A DNA stretch of 64,000 bases from a virus. Position 1 is the first letter of the stretch, and every line of letters begins with the position of its first letter. Shown here in pieces: positions 55,824 to 64,000 of this stretch. Position numbers and translations under genes: made by a program. Location: positions 1 through 64,000 of the IMG/VR virus record IMGVR_UViG_3300005323_000046, one strand, 5' to 3'. Below the pieces are notes generated by a model. That model saw nothing but the letters and a program-made list of their open reading frames with translations, was not told the origin of the DNA and ran no database searches.

Positions 55824-58800
55824 GTGATTAAATTGGATCTTAAAACTCTTTCTCAAGAAATTCGAAACTGTAAAAAATGTTCCCTTTGCAAATCTAGAAA
55901 AAATGTTGTTATCGGTCGCGGTTCACAAACTCCAGAAATACTATTTATCGGAGAAGGACCCGGAGAATCGGAGGACATCGAAGGAAAACCTTTTGTTGGT
56001 AGATCTGGAATGTTACTAGACCGAGCTATTTCCGAGACGGGAATAAAGAACTTTGCAATAATTAACATCATAAAGTGTCGTCCAGAAAATAACAGAAAAC
56101 CAACAAAAGAAGAAATTGAAGCTTGTTCTACCTGGTTGGAACAGCAACTAAATCTTCTAAATCCTAAAATAGTAATTTTACTCGGGAATACATCGTTAAA
56201 TTACTTCTTCCCAGATAAAACAATCACGCGAACAGTCGAAGAAACAACTTTATCTGGAAAAACATTCACGAAAGACGGAAGAAGATTTATCGCTATATTT
56301 CACCCGTCGTACATCTTACGTGGAAAAATGCCCGTTGCAGATTATGTTAAAATCTTCGAGCGTGTAAACTTTTTTCTTAAAGCTGGATCGTCATGTAGCC
56401 AAATTACGCCAGAGCAATCTATAACCGATCCACTTCCCAGTCCTTTAAGATCTCCTATTCCAAACGGTCCTCAACCAATTACTCCGCTTCCTACCGGATA
56501 TTCAATAAAACAAAGATATGTGCCGCTACATACTCATTCCGAACACGGAAGCGTCGGCGACGTTTTCCGGACTCAAGATGAAATGGCAGAAGATCTATTT
56601 CAAAAAGGATTTAAAGCATGTGCCATAACAGATCATGGCTCTCTTTCTGGCCTTCCTTATTTTCAGAATGCTCTTAAGAAAAAAGGAATCAAACCCATTA
56701 TTGGTTTAGAAGCTTACATAGAAGAATCCGAGAAGAAACAGAGCCACCTTGTTCTTCTTGTTAAAAATGAAATAGGATACAAAAACCTATTAAAACTTCA
56801 CACAATCGCAAAAGAACACGTCCATAAAGTATTCAATAAAGTGTTCCAGAAAATTCCTCTTGATGAGATTTGTAAACATTCAGAAGGATTAATCTGTAGC
56901 ACCGCGTGTGTTAGTGGAACAGTGGCACAAAGATGGAAAAGAGGAGATAATCCAGAACCCATTATACAAAAACTCCAAGAAGCGTTTGAAGAGGATCTTT
57001 ACGTCGAGTTAATGCCGAATAGACTAGAAGAACAAATAAGGTTTAACGAATATATAATTAATGTAGCAAGAAAATATAATATTAAACCAATAATTACTAC
57101 CGACTCTCATTACAATTCGCCAGAAGATAAGCATTATCACGATCTTGTAAAAGCAAATGAATGGAGAAAAAAGATTACAGATAAAATTGGATTCTCGGAC
57201 GATACATTTTGTAATTTAACTTGTGACCAAATAGAATCCCTATTAAAAACATGTCATCCCAAAATATATCCTATTATGGAGGAACTATTCGCGAATACCT
57301 TAGAAGTAGCAAACAAGTGTACTTTTGAATTACCGTCAAATCTAGGGGATACTTTGCCTGGGATTGAAGAGGAAGCAAGAGAAAAAATATTAAAAAGAAT
57401 AGATATTGAAGGTTATACTAAAAAAAATAACTACGATCCTTTAATTGTAAACGAAAGAATAAAAAAAGAGGTAGATCTGTTAACCTCCAGAAAATTTTTT
57501 AATTATTTTGATAAAGTCATGTATATGGTTGATTATGCAGATTCTCATGATATCCCGAGAGGACCTGGAAGAGGCTCGGTAGGCGGTTCCCTACTTGCAT
57601 ATTTGTTAGGAATTACAAAGGTAGATCCTCTAAGATTTAACACATTGTGGGAAAGATTTTTAACTCCAACTCGAACACCAGATATTGATATGGATTTTAG
57701 CGCTAAAAAGAGAGAAAGTATAATTGGAAGCTTAAGACTGGAATATGGACCCACAAACGTGTCTTATATCATGACATTTAACGAGTGGTCCGACAAATCA
57801 GCAATTAAGGATGTCGCAAGAATTTACAACGTTCCTCTATCTGAAGTGAATAAATTTAACAAAGAACTCTCTACTAAGACCGCGGAGAATCTTAAAATAG
57901 AGGATATAATTCTTACATCTGAAACTGCCGCGGAATTTGCAAAGAAATATCCTGAAGTAATAGATGCTGCTGTTAAACTAAAAGGAAAAATTAGACATAT
58001 AGGACTCCACGCAGCAGGGGTAGTAATTTGCAAGGACCTGGAAAGTACAATTCCAACAGAAATATACGATAAAGGAGACATAAAAAATTGTCTCGCTGCA
58101 AGTTTTGAAAAAGATATGTTGGAGCGTTTAGGTATTATTAAATTCGACGTCCTGGGAATCTCCGTACTAGATGTAATCGACGGAACATTAAAATCATCTG
58201 GACTTGGATGGGATATTTTACCGGAGGATTATGCTGATCCCGATGTATTTAATCTTTTAAGATCTGGAAAAACTTCAGGTGTTTTCCAATTTGGATCTCA
58301 ATTAATTACAGATTATCTAAGACATTTAAATGTCGATAGGTTTGAAGATCTTCTAGCTGCAAATTCCCTCTGCCGCCCCGGACCATTAAACGGAGGAGAA
58401 GCAGCAAGATATGTTGAAAGAAAAAATGGAGCAGAATGGGATTACGATCACCATCTGCTAGAAAAGGTAACTAACGAGACGTTAGGAGTTCTAATATACC
58501 AAGAACAAATCATGAAAATCGCCAATATAATCGGCGGATTTTCTATGATAGAAAGTGAAAAATTCTTAAAACTTGTCAGTAAAAGCAAAGGAAAAGAGGC
58601 GATTCAAGAAAAATATGACCAATTCTTGACAGGAGCAATATCAAATGGAATGCCGGAAGAAATAGCCGAACATCTATTTCAAACAATGTTGGAATTTGGA
58701 CGTTATAGTTTTAATATGATTCATTGTATAGAATATTCTATGCTCGGTTATTGGACAGCATGGTTGAAATTGTATCACCCTCTTGCGTTTTATTCGTCTC

Positions 58801-59846
58801 TTATTAATGTAGAATCAGATGAAGTTCAGTCTCTGTCCTTTGTGAAGGAAGCAATTGATTCAGGAGTGGTAATTAAACCTCCCAGTGTAGAATCTCCGTC
58901 AGAATTGACCACTTTTGATAAAAGTAAAAATATAATTTATTTAGGATTAAACAAAGTCAAGGGAATTGGCCCAGAAGAGATAAAAAAGGTTCTTGCCGCA
59001 GGAGACAACTTTGACAAGATAAAGAAAATTAAAAAGAATGTCTTCCAAACGCTCGTAGAGGTCGGTTATTTAGATTCTATAGAGAAGAATCGCAGGCAAT
59101 TATTAAGTGGCAAGGAACTCACTAAGAACACTCTGTGGGCGTGGTCCTCGGAACCGAATACAAGCGACGACTGGTCTGAGGAGGAAAAGATGTTTAGGCT
59201 CCGAAAGTCTTTGCCCTGGCCTAGATCATACGAGGAATTACCCAAAATCAAAAACGAGTCTTTTAGAAAGCCACTAAGTTATTTGAAATCTGAATCTGTA
59301 GAAAATAAAGCAATTCTTTCCGTAGGATGGGTTTATGATCATAAAGCTTTCAGCAGTAATGGAAAAACTTCGTATGTTCTAAATTACGAGGACGGAACCT
59401 CAAGAGTTACCTTGAATTTATCCGCCGTAGTTTCAAGAAGACACAAAGAAATCGTAGATAGAATTGTTAAAGGAGAACAAAAGAATCCTTTGATATTCTG
59501 TCTCCAGCCCTATTACATGAATAGAGGCCACATAGAAGTTAGAGAGGGAAAACTACAAATACTATGGATAGGTAACATAGAGGATGAAATGTCTAAGAAT
59601 GTATTAAGAGGACTGGAAGGAGATACGGAGATTCTAGGACCTAGAGAGTTCTTAGTCACAAATATCAGTTACGGAACTTCTAAAGCTGGTAATGGATTTG
59701 CTTCGATAGAATGCGTAGATAATACAGGGAACGTGACTTACGGAGCTTTTATGTTAAGGGACTCTTTGGCAGCTCCACAATTTGGAACAATTTTACACGG
59801 TAGCTGGAGCGTATCCAATAAAGGTTCTTTTTTTAGAGGTGAATAA
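55824..59846 (+). CDS. dnaE: DNA polymerase III alpha subunit fused to an N-terminal family-4 uracil-DNA glycosylase domain
   Basis: UDG family 4 motifs GEGPGESED and HPSYILRG with Fe-S cysteines; Pro-rich linker; PHP domain HTHSEHGS; Pol III alpha core GPGRGSVGGSLLAYLLGIT; 1340 aa; GTG start. Confidence 0.9.
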   Translation: MIKLDLKTLSQEIRNCKKCSLCKSRKNVVIGRGSQTPEILFIGEGPGESEDIEGKPFVGRSGMLLDRAISETGIKNFAIINIIKCRPENNRKPTKEEIEACSTWLEQQLNLLNPKIVILLGNTSLNYFFPDKTITRTVEETTLSGKTFTKDGRRFIAIFHPSYILRGKMPVADYVKIFERVNFFLKAGSSCSQITPEQSITDPLPSPLRSPIPNGPQPITPLPTGYSIKQRYVPLHTHSEHGSVGDVFRTQDEMAEDLFQKGFKACAITDHGSLSGLPYFQNALKKKGIKPIIGLEAYIEESEKKQSHLVLLVKNEIGYKNLLKLHTIAKEHVHKVFNKVFQKIPLDEICKHSEGLICSTACVSGTVAQRWKRGDNPEPIIQKLQEAFEEDLYVELMPNRLEEQIRFNEYIINVARKYNIKPIITTDSHYNSPEDKHYHDLVKANEWRKKITDKIGFSDDTFCNLTCDQIESLLKTCHPKIYPIMEELFANTLEVANKCTFELPSNLGDTLPGIEEEAREKILKRIDIEGYTKKNNYDPLIVNERIKKEVDLLTSRKFFNYFDKVMYMVDYADSHDIPRGPGRGSVGGSLLAYLLGITKVDPLRFNTLWERFLTPTRTPDIDMDFSAKKRESIIGSLRLEYGPTNVSYIMTFNEWSDKSAIKDVARIYNVPLSEVNKFNKELSTKTAENLKIEDIILTSETAAEFAKKYPEVIDAAVKLKGKIRHIGLHAAGVVICKDLESTIPTEIYDKGDIKNCLAASFEKDMLERLGIIKFDVLGISVLDVIDGTLKSSGLGWDILPEDYADPDVFNLLRSGKTSGVFQFGSQLITDYLRHLNVDRFEDLLAANSLCRPGPLNGGEAARYVERKNGAEWDYDHHLLEKVTNETLGVLIYQEQIMKIANIIGGFSMIESEKFLKLVSKSKGKEAIQEKYDQFLTGAISNGMPEEIAEHLFQTMLEFGRYSFNMIHCIEYSMLGYWTAWLKLYHPLAFYSSLINVESDEVQSLSFVKEAIDSGVVIKPPSVESPSELTTFDKSKNIIYLGLNKVKGIGPEEIKKVLAAGDNFDKIKKIKKNVFQTLVEVGYLDSIEKNRRQLLSGKELTKNTLWAWSSEPNTSDDWSEEEKMFRLRKSLPWPRSYEELPKIKNESFRKPLSYLKSESVENKAILSVGWVYDHKAFSSNGKTSYVLNYEDGTSRVTLNLSAVVSRRHKEIVDRIVKGEQKNPLIFCLQPYYMNRGHIEVREGKLQILWIGNIEDEMSKNVLRGLEGDTEILGPREFLVTNISYGTSKAGNGFASIECVDNTGNVTYGAFMLRDSLAAPQFGTILHGSWSVSNKGSFFRGE

Positions 59847-59924
59847 GGTGGTTATTAAAATTCAACTGAAACATGGATTAGCAACGGAAATAGATGAAGA
59901 AGACGCGGAACTAATAAAACATAA

Positions 59925-60365
59925 TTGGTGTGTAGATATACGAAAAAAAACTCCAACAAACTGTATTACGTTTCTACTTCTGTTCTTCTACCTAACGGAC
60001 TACGCAAAAAACTCTATTTGCATCGTGCAATTATGAAAAATTTTTTAGGTAGAGATCTTACTTATCATGAAAAAATTGATCATGTTAATCATAACGGACT
60101 TGATAATCGACGCAGTAATTTGAGGCTCGCCACAATACAAGAAAATCAGTTTAATCGACAAATTCAGAAAACTACTAAAAGCAGCCAATATAAAGGAGTT
60201 TCGTGGGAAACGAAGCAAAATAAGTGGAGACCTTCAATAAAATTTAATAACCAAAATATACATTTGGGATCTTTTACCTCCGAAGAGGACGCGGCCCGCG
60301 CGTATGACAAAGTCGCTAAAGAATTATTTGGTGAATTTTGTTGCCTCAACTTTCCGGAGGATTGA
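59925..60365 (+). CDS. HNH homing endonuclease with an AP2 DNA-binding domain
   Basis: HNH motif HVNHNGLDNRRSNLRLATIQENQ; AP2 domain YKGVSWETKQNKWRPSIKFNNQNIHLGSFTSEEDAARAYD. Confidence 0.75.
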   Translation: MVCRYTKKNSNKLYYVSTSVLLPNGLRKKLYLHRAIMKNFLGRDLTYHEKIDHVNHNGLDNRRSNLRLATIQENQFNRQIQKTTKSSQYKGVSWETKQNKWRPSIKFNNQNIHLGSFTSEEDAARAYDKVAKELFGEFCCLNFPED

Positions 60366-60532
60366 TTTCCCCTTTATAAACACAATCATTAACTAATATG
60401 TATATTTTGGTGTATAAGAGGAGGAAACCGTGACTCAAAAAAAACATAATGTATTTTTAGGCAGAATGAAGAGACTTTACCAGAAGTTTTATAACCTTGA
60501 AAATTGTATGAAAGGTATATTGTGAAAAAAAT

Positions 60533-60913
60533 ATGGAGAAAGACGAAATGACCCATAAATTTCTTTATAAGCAAGCAATTGTAGTTAGGGAAGATCTTAA
60601 AATGTCACCAGGAAAACTGGCGGTCCAAGTAGCTCATGCAAGCGTGGGGGCAATATACGGTTCAAATCTTCTTGCCCCCAATCTAGAGAACTGGTTTGCC
60701 GAAGGATTTAGAAAAATCGTCCTTAAAGTTAAATCTGAAAAAGATATTCTAAATATCAAAGAAAAGTGTAATAAAGAAGGAATACCTTATTTTCTGGTTT
60801 ACGATTTTGGACTTACAGAGCTGGAACCTAATGCTTTAACCTGTATAGGAATTGGACCAGATCTTAACGAGAACATAGATAAAATTACAGGGAGATTGGG
60901 GTTGTATAAATGA
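60533..60913 (+). CDS. pth2: peptidyl-tRNA hydrolase, PTH2 family
   Basis: Matches PTH2 across its length: VVREDLKMSPGKLAVQVAHASV .. VLKV .. FLVYDFGLTELEPNALTCIGIGP. Confidence 0.8.
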   Translation: MEKDEMTHKFLYKQAIVVREDLKMSPGKLAVQVAHASVGAIYGSNLLAPNLENWFAEGFRKIVLKVKSEKDILNIKEKCNKEGIPYFLVYDFGLTELEPNALTCIGIGPDLNENIDKITGRLGLYK

Positions 60914-61341
60914 CTAAAATCTATTTAGCCTCTTCTTGGAAAAATAAAAAAGCTGTAGACCGTGTAGCAAAAGAATTATCTAATCTTGGTTATGAAGTAG
61001 ATAATTTTACCGATCCATCTAATGGAAGATTTGTTTTCTCTTGGACGGAATTGCCACAAGAAATTCTTCAAAATTTAAATGCGAAAACATTTTTAAAAGA
61101 TTGGAGAACTCAAAAAGCTTTTAAACAAGATAAAGAGAAGATTGATTGGGCTGATGCCGTAGTAATGATAATGCCCTGCGGAAGATCTTCTCATTTAGAA
61201 CTTGGATATGCCGCGGGAAAGGGAAAGAAAACCATAATATATTATCCTAACGGATTCATTAATGGAGAGTTTGAAACTATGTATGGATTTGCAGATGTAA
61301 TAACAAGTTGCATAGAAGATGTTTGGATGGAACTAGCATGA
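60910..61341 (+). CDS. nucleoside 2-deoxyribosyltransferase-like protein
   Basis: KIYLASSW .. ADAVVMIMPCGRSSHLELGYAAGKGKKTII fits the NDT/DUF4406 Rossmann pattern. Confidence 0.5.
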   Translation: MTKIYLASSWKNKKAVDRVAKELSNLGYEVDNFTDPSNGRFVFSWTELPQEILQNLNAKTFLKDWRTQKAFKQDKEKIDWADAVVMIMPCGRSSHLELGYAAGKGKKTIIYYPNGFINGEFETMYGFADVITSCIEDVWMELA

Positions 61342-61589
61342 CTAAATATCATATTTCTTATGTAAGCTATCTTTTACGTTTAACAATTTATGACGACATT
61401 ATTGATATTCACCCCCTTATTTGGAGATCTAAAAACTTAGATGATGTTTTAATTGCTTGGAGCGAAATTCCAGAAGAAATTGAAAATCAGGTGGAAGAGA
61501 TCGAAAAAGAGAGGATACGGTTAATCAAAGAGAGAACAACCAGACAACTAGAAGATTTAAAAGAAAGATTGAAAAGGCCTAGGAGATAA
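61308..61589 (+). CDS. hypothetical protein
   Basis: 93-aa ORF overlapping the upstream gene. Confidence 0.3.
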   Translation: MHRRCLDGTSMTKYHISYVSYLLRLTIYDDIIDIHPLIWRSKNLDDVLIAWSEIPEEIENQVEEIEKERIRLIKERTTRQLEDLKERLKRPRR

Positions 61590-61592
61590 CCT

Positions 61593-61997
61593 ATGTACTA
61601 CATTAATACTACTTACGCAGCTCGTTTAAGGGCGCAAGAAGAATTCAAGTGTGAAGAATGTGGGAACTGTTGCACTCAATGTGCTCCCATAGATGTCACA
61701 ATGGAGGATCTTAAAAGAATTGCAGACTACTTTGGTAAGTCGTTAAAAGTTGCAGCAAAAAGACATTGTAGAATCAATCCCGCAAATGGTTCACTAATTA
61801 TTAAGCACGATAGACCTTGTAAGTTTTACGATCTTAAAAACAAGAAATGCAAGATTTATGAGGCCCGTCCAGAAGTTTGTAGGCTTCATCCGTTCCTCAG
61901 TTCAGAACCAATTGAGAGTAGAACGTTCACGGTTCCAATCCACTGCGAAGCCGCTTGTAAAGTACACGATAGGATGAGAGAAAGGAGAGAGATATGA
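61593..61997 (+). CDS. YkgJ-family CxxCxxCC Fe/Zn-binding protein
   Basis: CEECGNCCTQC plus CKFYD..CKIYEARPEVCRLHP. Confidence 0.5.
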   Translation: MYYINTTYAARLRAQEEFKCEECGNCCTQCAPIDVTMEDLKRIADYFGKSLKVAAKRHCRINPANGSLIIKHDRPCKFYDLKNKKCKIYEARPEVCRLHPFLSSEPIESRTFTVPIHCEAACKVHDRMRERREI

Positions 61998-62221
61998 ACC
62001 TACAATATAAAATCAGAAAATCTTTGTTAGAAAAGTCTCCTCAAACAATTCCGTCATTATGCAGAAACATCCCAGAGGCGACAAATGAGTTTGCTATAAT
62101 GCACGCCATTGCGGAATTAGAACATATGGGCGACGTGATTCTTACCGGTTTCGATCGCATTTATCGCGAAGATGGTGGAGCGATTTATTTAGCAGAATAT
62201 TCGATAAAGGAACAAACATGA
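61994..62221 (+). CDS. hypothetical protein
   Basis: 75-aa ORF. Confidence 0.35.
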   Translation: MNLQYKIRKSLLEKSPQTIPSLCRNIPEATNEFAIMHAIAELEHMGDVILTGFDRIYREDGGAIYLAEYSIKEQT

Positions 62222-62613
62222 ACAACAATTGGCTACTTAGAGATCTTCCAGATTCATTTTTCATAAATGCTGGGAGGCACACAACTGAAGAGATTGATTC
62301 TTTATTTAAGGAAATTCCAGAAGAGTATAAGCTGTTGGCTTATAGTATAATTGTATTATCAGTAGAATCCACGCCAGAAATGAAACGATGTCAAGAGTTC
62401 AGACAACTCCTGTTCCTAGCATATAAAAAGCTACTAGAAGAAAACAAAATAGATCTCATGTTGCCCCACTATTGGTATGCAGATGGAGTTATGATTGAAC
62501 CAGAGTTAATCATACGGGTTACAAATGGCATCATTAGATGGGTCTGCGACGATAGCGTAGAAAAATGTTTAATGGAAGGAGAATGTAGATATTTTAAAAG
62601 AATGGAGGATTAG
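62218..62613 (+). CDS. hypothetical protein
   Basis: 131-aa ORF. Confidence 0.4.
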   Translation: MNNNWLLRDLPDSFFINAGRHTTEEIDSLFKEIPEEYKLLAYSIIVLSVESTPEMKRCQEFRQLLFLAYKKLLEENKIDLMLPHYWYADGVMIEPELIIRVTNGIIRWVCDDSVEKCLMEGECRYFKRMED

Positions 62614-62665
62614 AGACAATCATTTTTAAACCGTCTATAAATAAAATTATAGCCTCCGAAAAGTT

Positions 62666-62680
62666 TATATAGTATTAAAC
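62666..62680 (+). promoter_or_regulatory. promoter-like motif TATATAGTATTAAAC
   Basis: Recurrent motif 5 nt upstream of the 62686 ATG. Confidence 0.4.
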
Positions 62681-62685
62681 CTTTA

Positions 62686-63849
62686 TTGAATAATATGTCT
62701 GATATCTTATCTTTAAAAGAAAAAGAAAAAGAGAAAACAAGGAGAAAAGCTTACTATGAGGAAAACAAAGAAAAAATTAATGCTCAAAAAAGAGAACGAA
62801 GGAGGAGAAATCACGAAGAGGAATTAAGGAAACAAAGAGAATATAGAGAGAAAAACCGAGAAAGGTACAATGAATTGGCTAGGAACCAATATTGGAAAAA
62901 TCCAGAAGAAAACAGAAAACGCGCACTCGATTATGTAAACAAAAATCGTGAAACAATAAATAAACGTAATAGAGAAAAATACGCAGATAATCCCGAACAA
63001 TACATAGCAAAAACAAAAGAATATTACAAAAATAATAAAGAGAAAGTCGATCAAAAGGCTAAAGAACGCTATTGGGAAAACCCACACGTTTTCAGAAAAA
63101 GATCTAAAAAATATCGCGAGGAAAATAAAGAAGAGATTATCGCAAAAGACAGGATTTACAAAAAAGAAAATAAAGAGGTCCTCAAAAGAAAACAATATGA
63201 AAAATACTGGATCACAACAAAATATGAAGGACAAAGGAAACAAGAAATTTTATTCAATAAAATTCTATCTATTTTAGGAGACTCGTGCGCAGAATGCGGA
63301 ATAAAAGACCGAGATGTTCTTACCATAGATCATATTAAAAACAACGGAAAACAAGAACGTAAAATTCTCGGAAAAGGAAGAAGTCGTTTAATGGCACGCC
63401 TCGAAAAATTAGGTTGGCCCGAAGAATACATTAAAGAAAATTATCAAATTTTATGTTATAACCACAACTGCGCCAAAGAATCAAGAAATTATTTTGACAA
63501 GCCCGAAAAAGATCTTGATCGATATCAAAGAAGATATGTTCGAATTTGGAAAGAAGCTTTTAATTTTTTTGGACCGTGTGAAAGATGTGGCGAGTCTAAC
63601 CTGAAATTTTTATGTATAGACCACAAGAATGGAGATGCTAAAAAAGACAGAAAAATCAGAACAAGAAGAAGCGGAATAAAATTGATTGATATATTTAGAA
63701 AAAATAATTGGCCAAAGTCCTTAAAGAAGGAATATAGATTTCTTTGTTGGAATTGTAATACAAAAGTCTATTTAGAAAAATTAAGAGCTGAAGAGGGGAT
63801 AAAATATTATTTTCATTGCTTATTTACCTCGCTACCACATCAGCCATAG
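62686..63849 (+). CDS. HNH-like endonuclease with an N-terminal highly charged K/E/R repeat region
   Basis: CAECGIKDRDVLTIDHIKNNG and CERCGESNLKFLCIDHKNGD; about five ~23-aa repeats (Y..N.E......R..Y..NPE) at the N-terminus. Confidence 0.5.
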   Translation: MNNMSDILSLKEKEKEKTRRKAYYEENKEKINAQKRERRRRNHEEELRKQREYREKNRERYNELARNQYWKNPEENRKRALDYVNKNRETINKRNREKYADNPEQYIAKTKEYYKNNKEKVDQKAKERYWENPHVFRKRSKKYREENKEEIIAKDRIYKKENKEVLKRKQYEKYWITTKYEGQRKQEILFNKILSILGDSCAECGIKDRDVLTIDHIKNNGKQERKILGKGRSRLMARLEKLGWPEEYIKENYQILCYNHNCAKESRNYFDKPEKDLDRYQRRYVRIWKEAFNFFGPCERCGESNLKFLCIDHKNGDAKKDRKIRTRRSGIKLIDIFRKNNWPKSLKKEYRFLCWNCNTKVYLEKLRAEEGIKYYFHCLFTSLPHQP

Positions 63850-64000
63850 CTTGGATGGGATCATCTCCATCTGCGACTTTATCTAACACTTTGGAAACCG
63901 CGGAGTCTACTTTGGGTTGGACCTTTTGTCCTAAATCCTCTTCTGACTCAAAATTTTCTTGGAGCCGGATTCCAATTACACTGCTGTTAATCCAGTTCCT
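63825..64000 (-). CDS. partial C-terminal fragment of a minus-strand gene running off the window
   Basis: Open frame ..VDSAVSKVLDKVADGDDPIQAMADVVAR* convergent with the HNH gene, overlapping it by ~25 nt. Confidence 0.3.

Noticed and set aside
62824-63243. 139-aa minus-strand ORF (F/L-rich)
   Set aside because: It is the mirror image of the purine-rich charged-repeat region of the HNH gene, with a poly-Phe/Leu translation and no RBS. Artefact of strand composition.
1-64000. CRISPR array or other short-period direct-repeat array
   Set aside because: No regularly spaced identical repeats were seen anywhere. The only tandem repetition is the protein-level SNSSS paralogue array and the charged-repeat coding region.

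Overview
AT-rich (~33-36% GC), densely packed and mostly plus-strand window that reads as the replication, nucleotide-metabolism and RNA-repair module of a large virulent bacteriophage with a bacterial host. One block of genes on the minus strand (1020..10379) meets the long plus-strand array at ~10380-10520. Functions recognisable from motifs are listed here; the rest are small hypothetical, membrane or zinc-ribbon proteins.
- Replication: a UDG-family-4::DNA polymerase III alpha fusion (1340 aa), a primase-helicase, an SNF2 helicase, an ATP-dependent DNA ligase, and a DnaQ-like DEDDh exonuclease.
- Nucleotide metabolism: anaerobic ribonucleotide reductase NrdD flanked by two NrdG-like activases, a dCTP-deaminase/dUTPase-fold protein, a divergent ThyA-family enzyme, and a deoxyribosyltransferase-like protein.
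- RNA repair and translation: two Rnl-like nucleotidyltransferases (one interrupted by a LAGLIDADG intein), a metallophosphoesterase, a DHH phosphoesterase, a tRNA-Leu(UAA) and a Pth2 peptidyl-tRNA hydrolase.
- Other recognisable products: an HslV-like Ntn peptidase, a SpoT-type HD (p)ppGpp hydrolase, and an SPFH protein.
- Mobile elements: many homing endonucleases (LAGLIDADG, HNH, HNH-AP2) and an intact IS605-family TnpB immediately upstream of the primase gene.

The most unusual locus is 41269..45685: four tandem paralogous small proteins with a conserved Ser-rich N-terminal motif (xRSGFVSNSSSSSF). They are followed by two SPASM-type radical-SAM enzymes and a HicB-like ORF with no canonical start codon, which looks like a phage-encoded RiPP-like or protein-modification cassette. 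A recurrent AT-rich intergenic motif (AAGATTAAATAGTATTAAGG / GTATAAATAGTAGTAAG) is probably the phage promoter.
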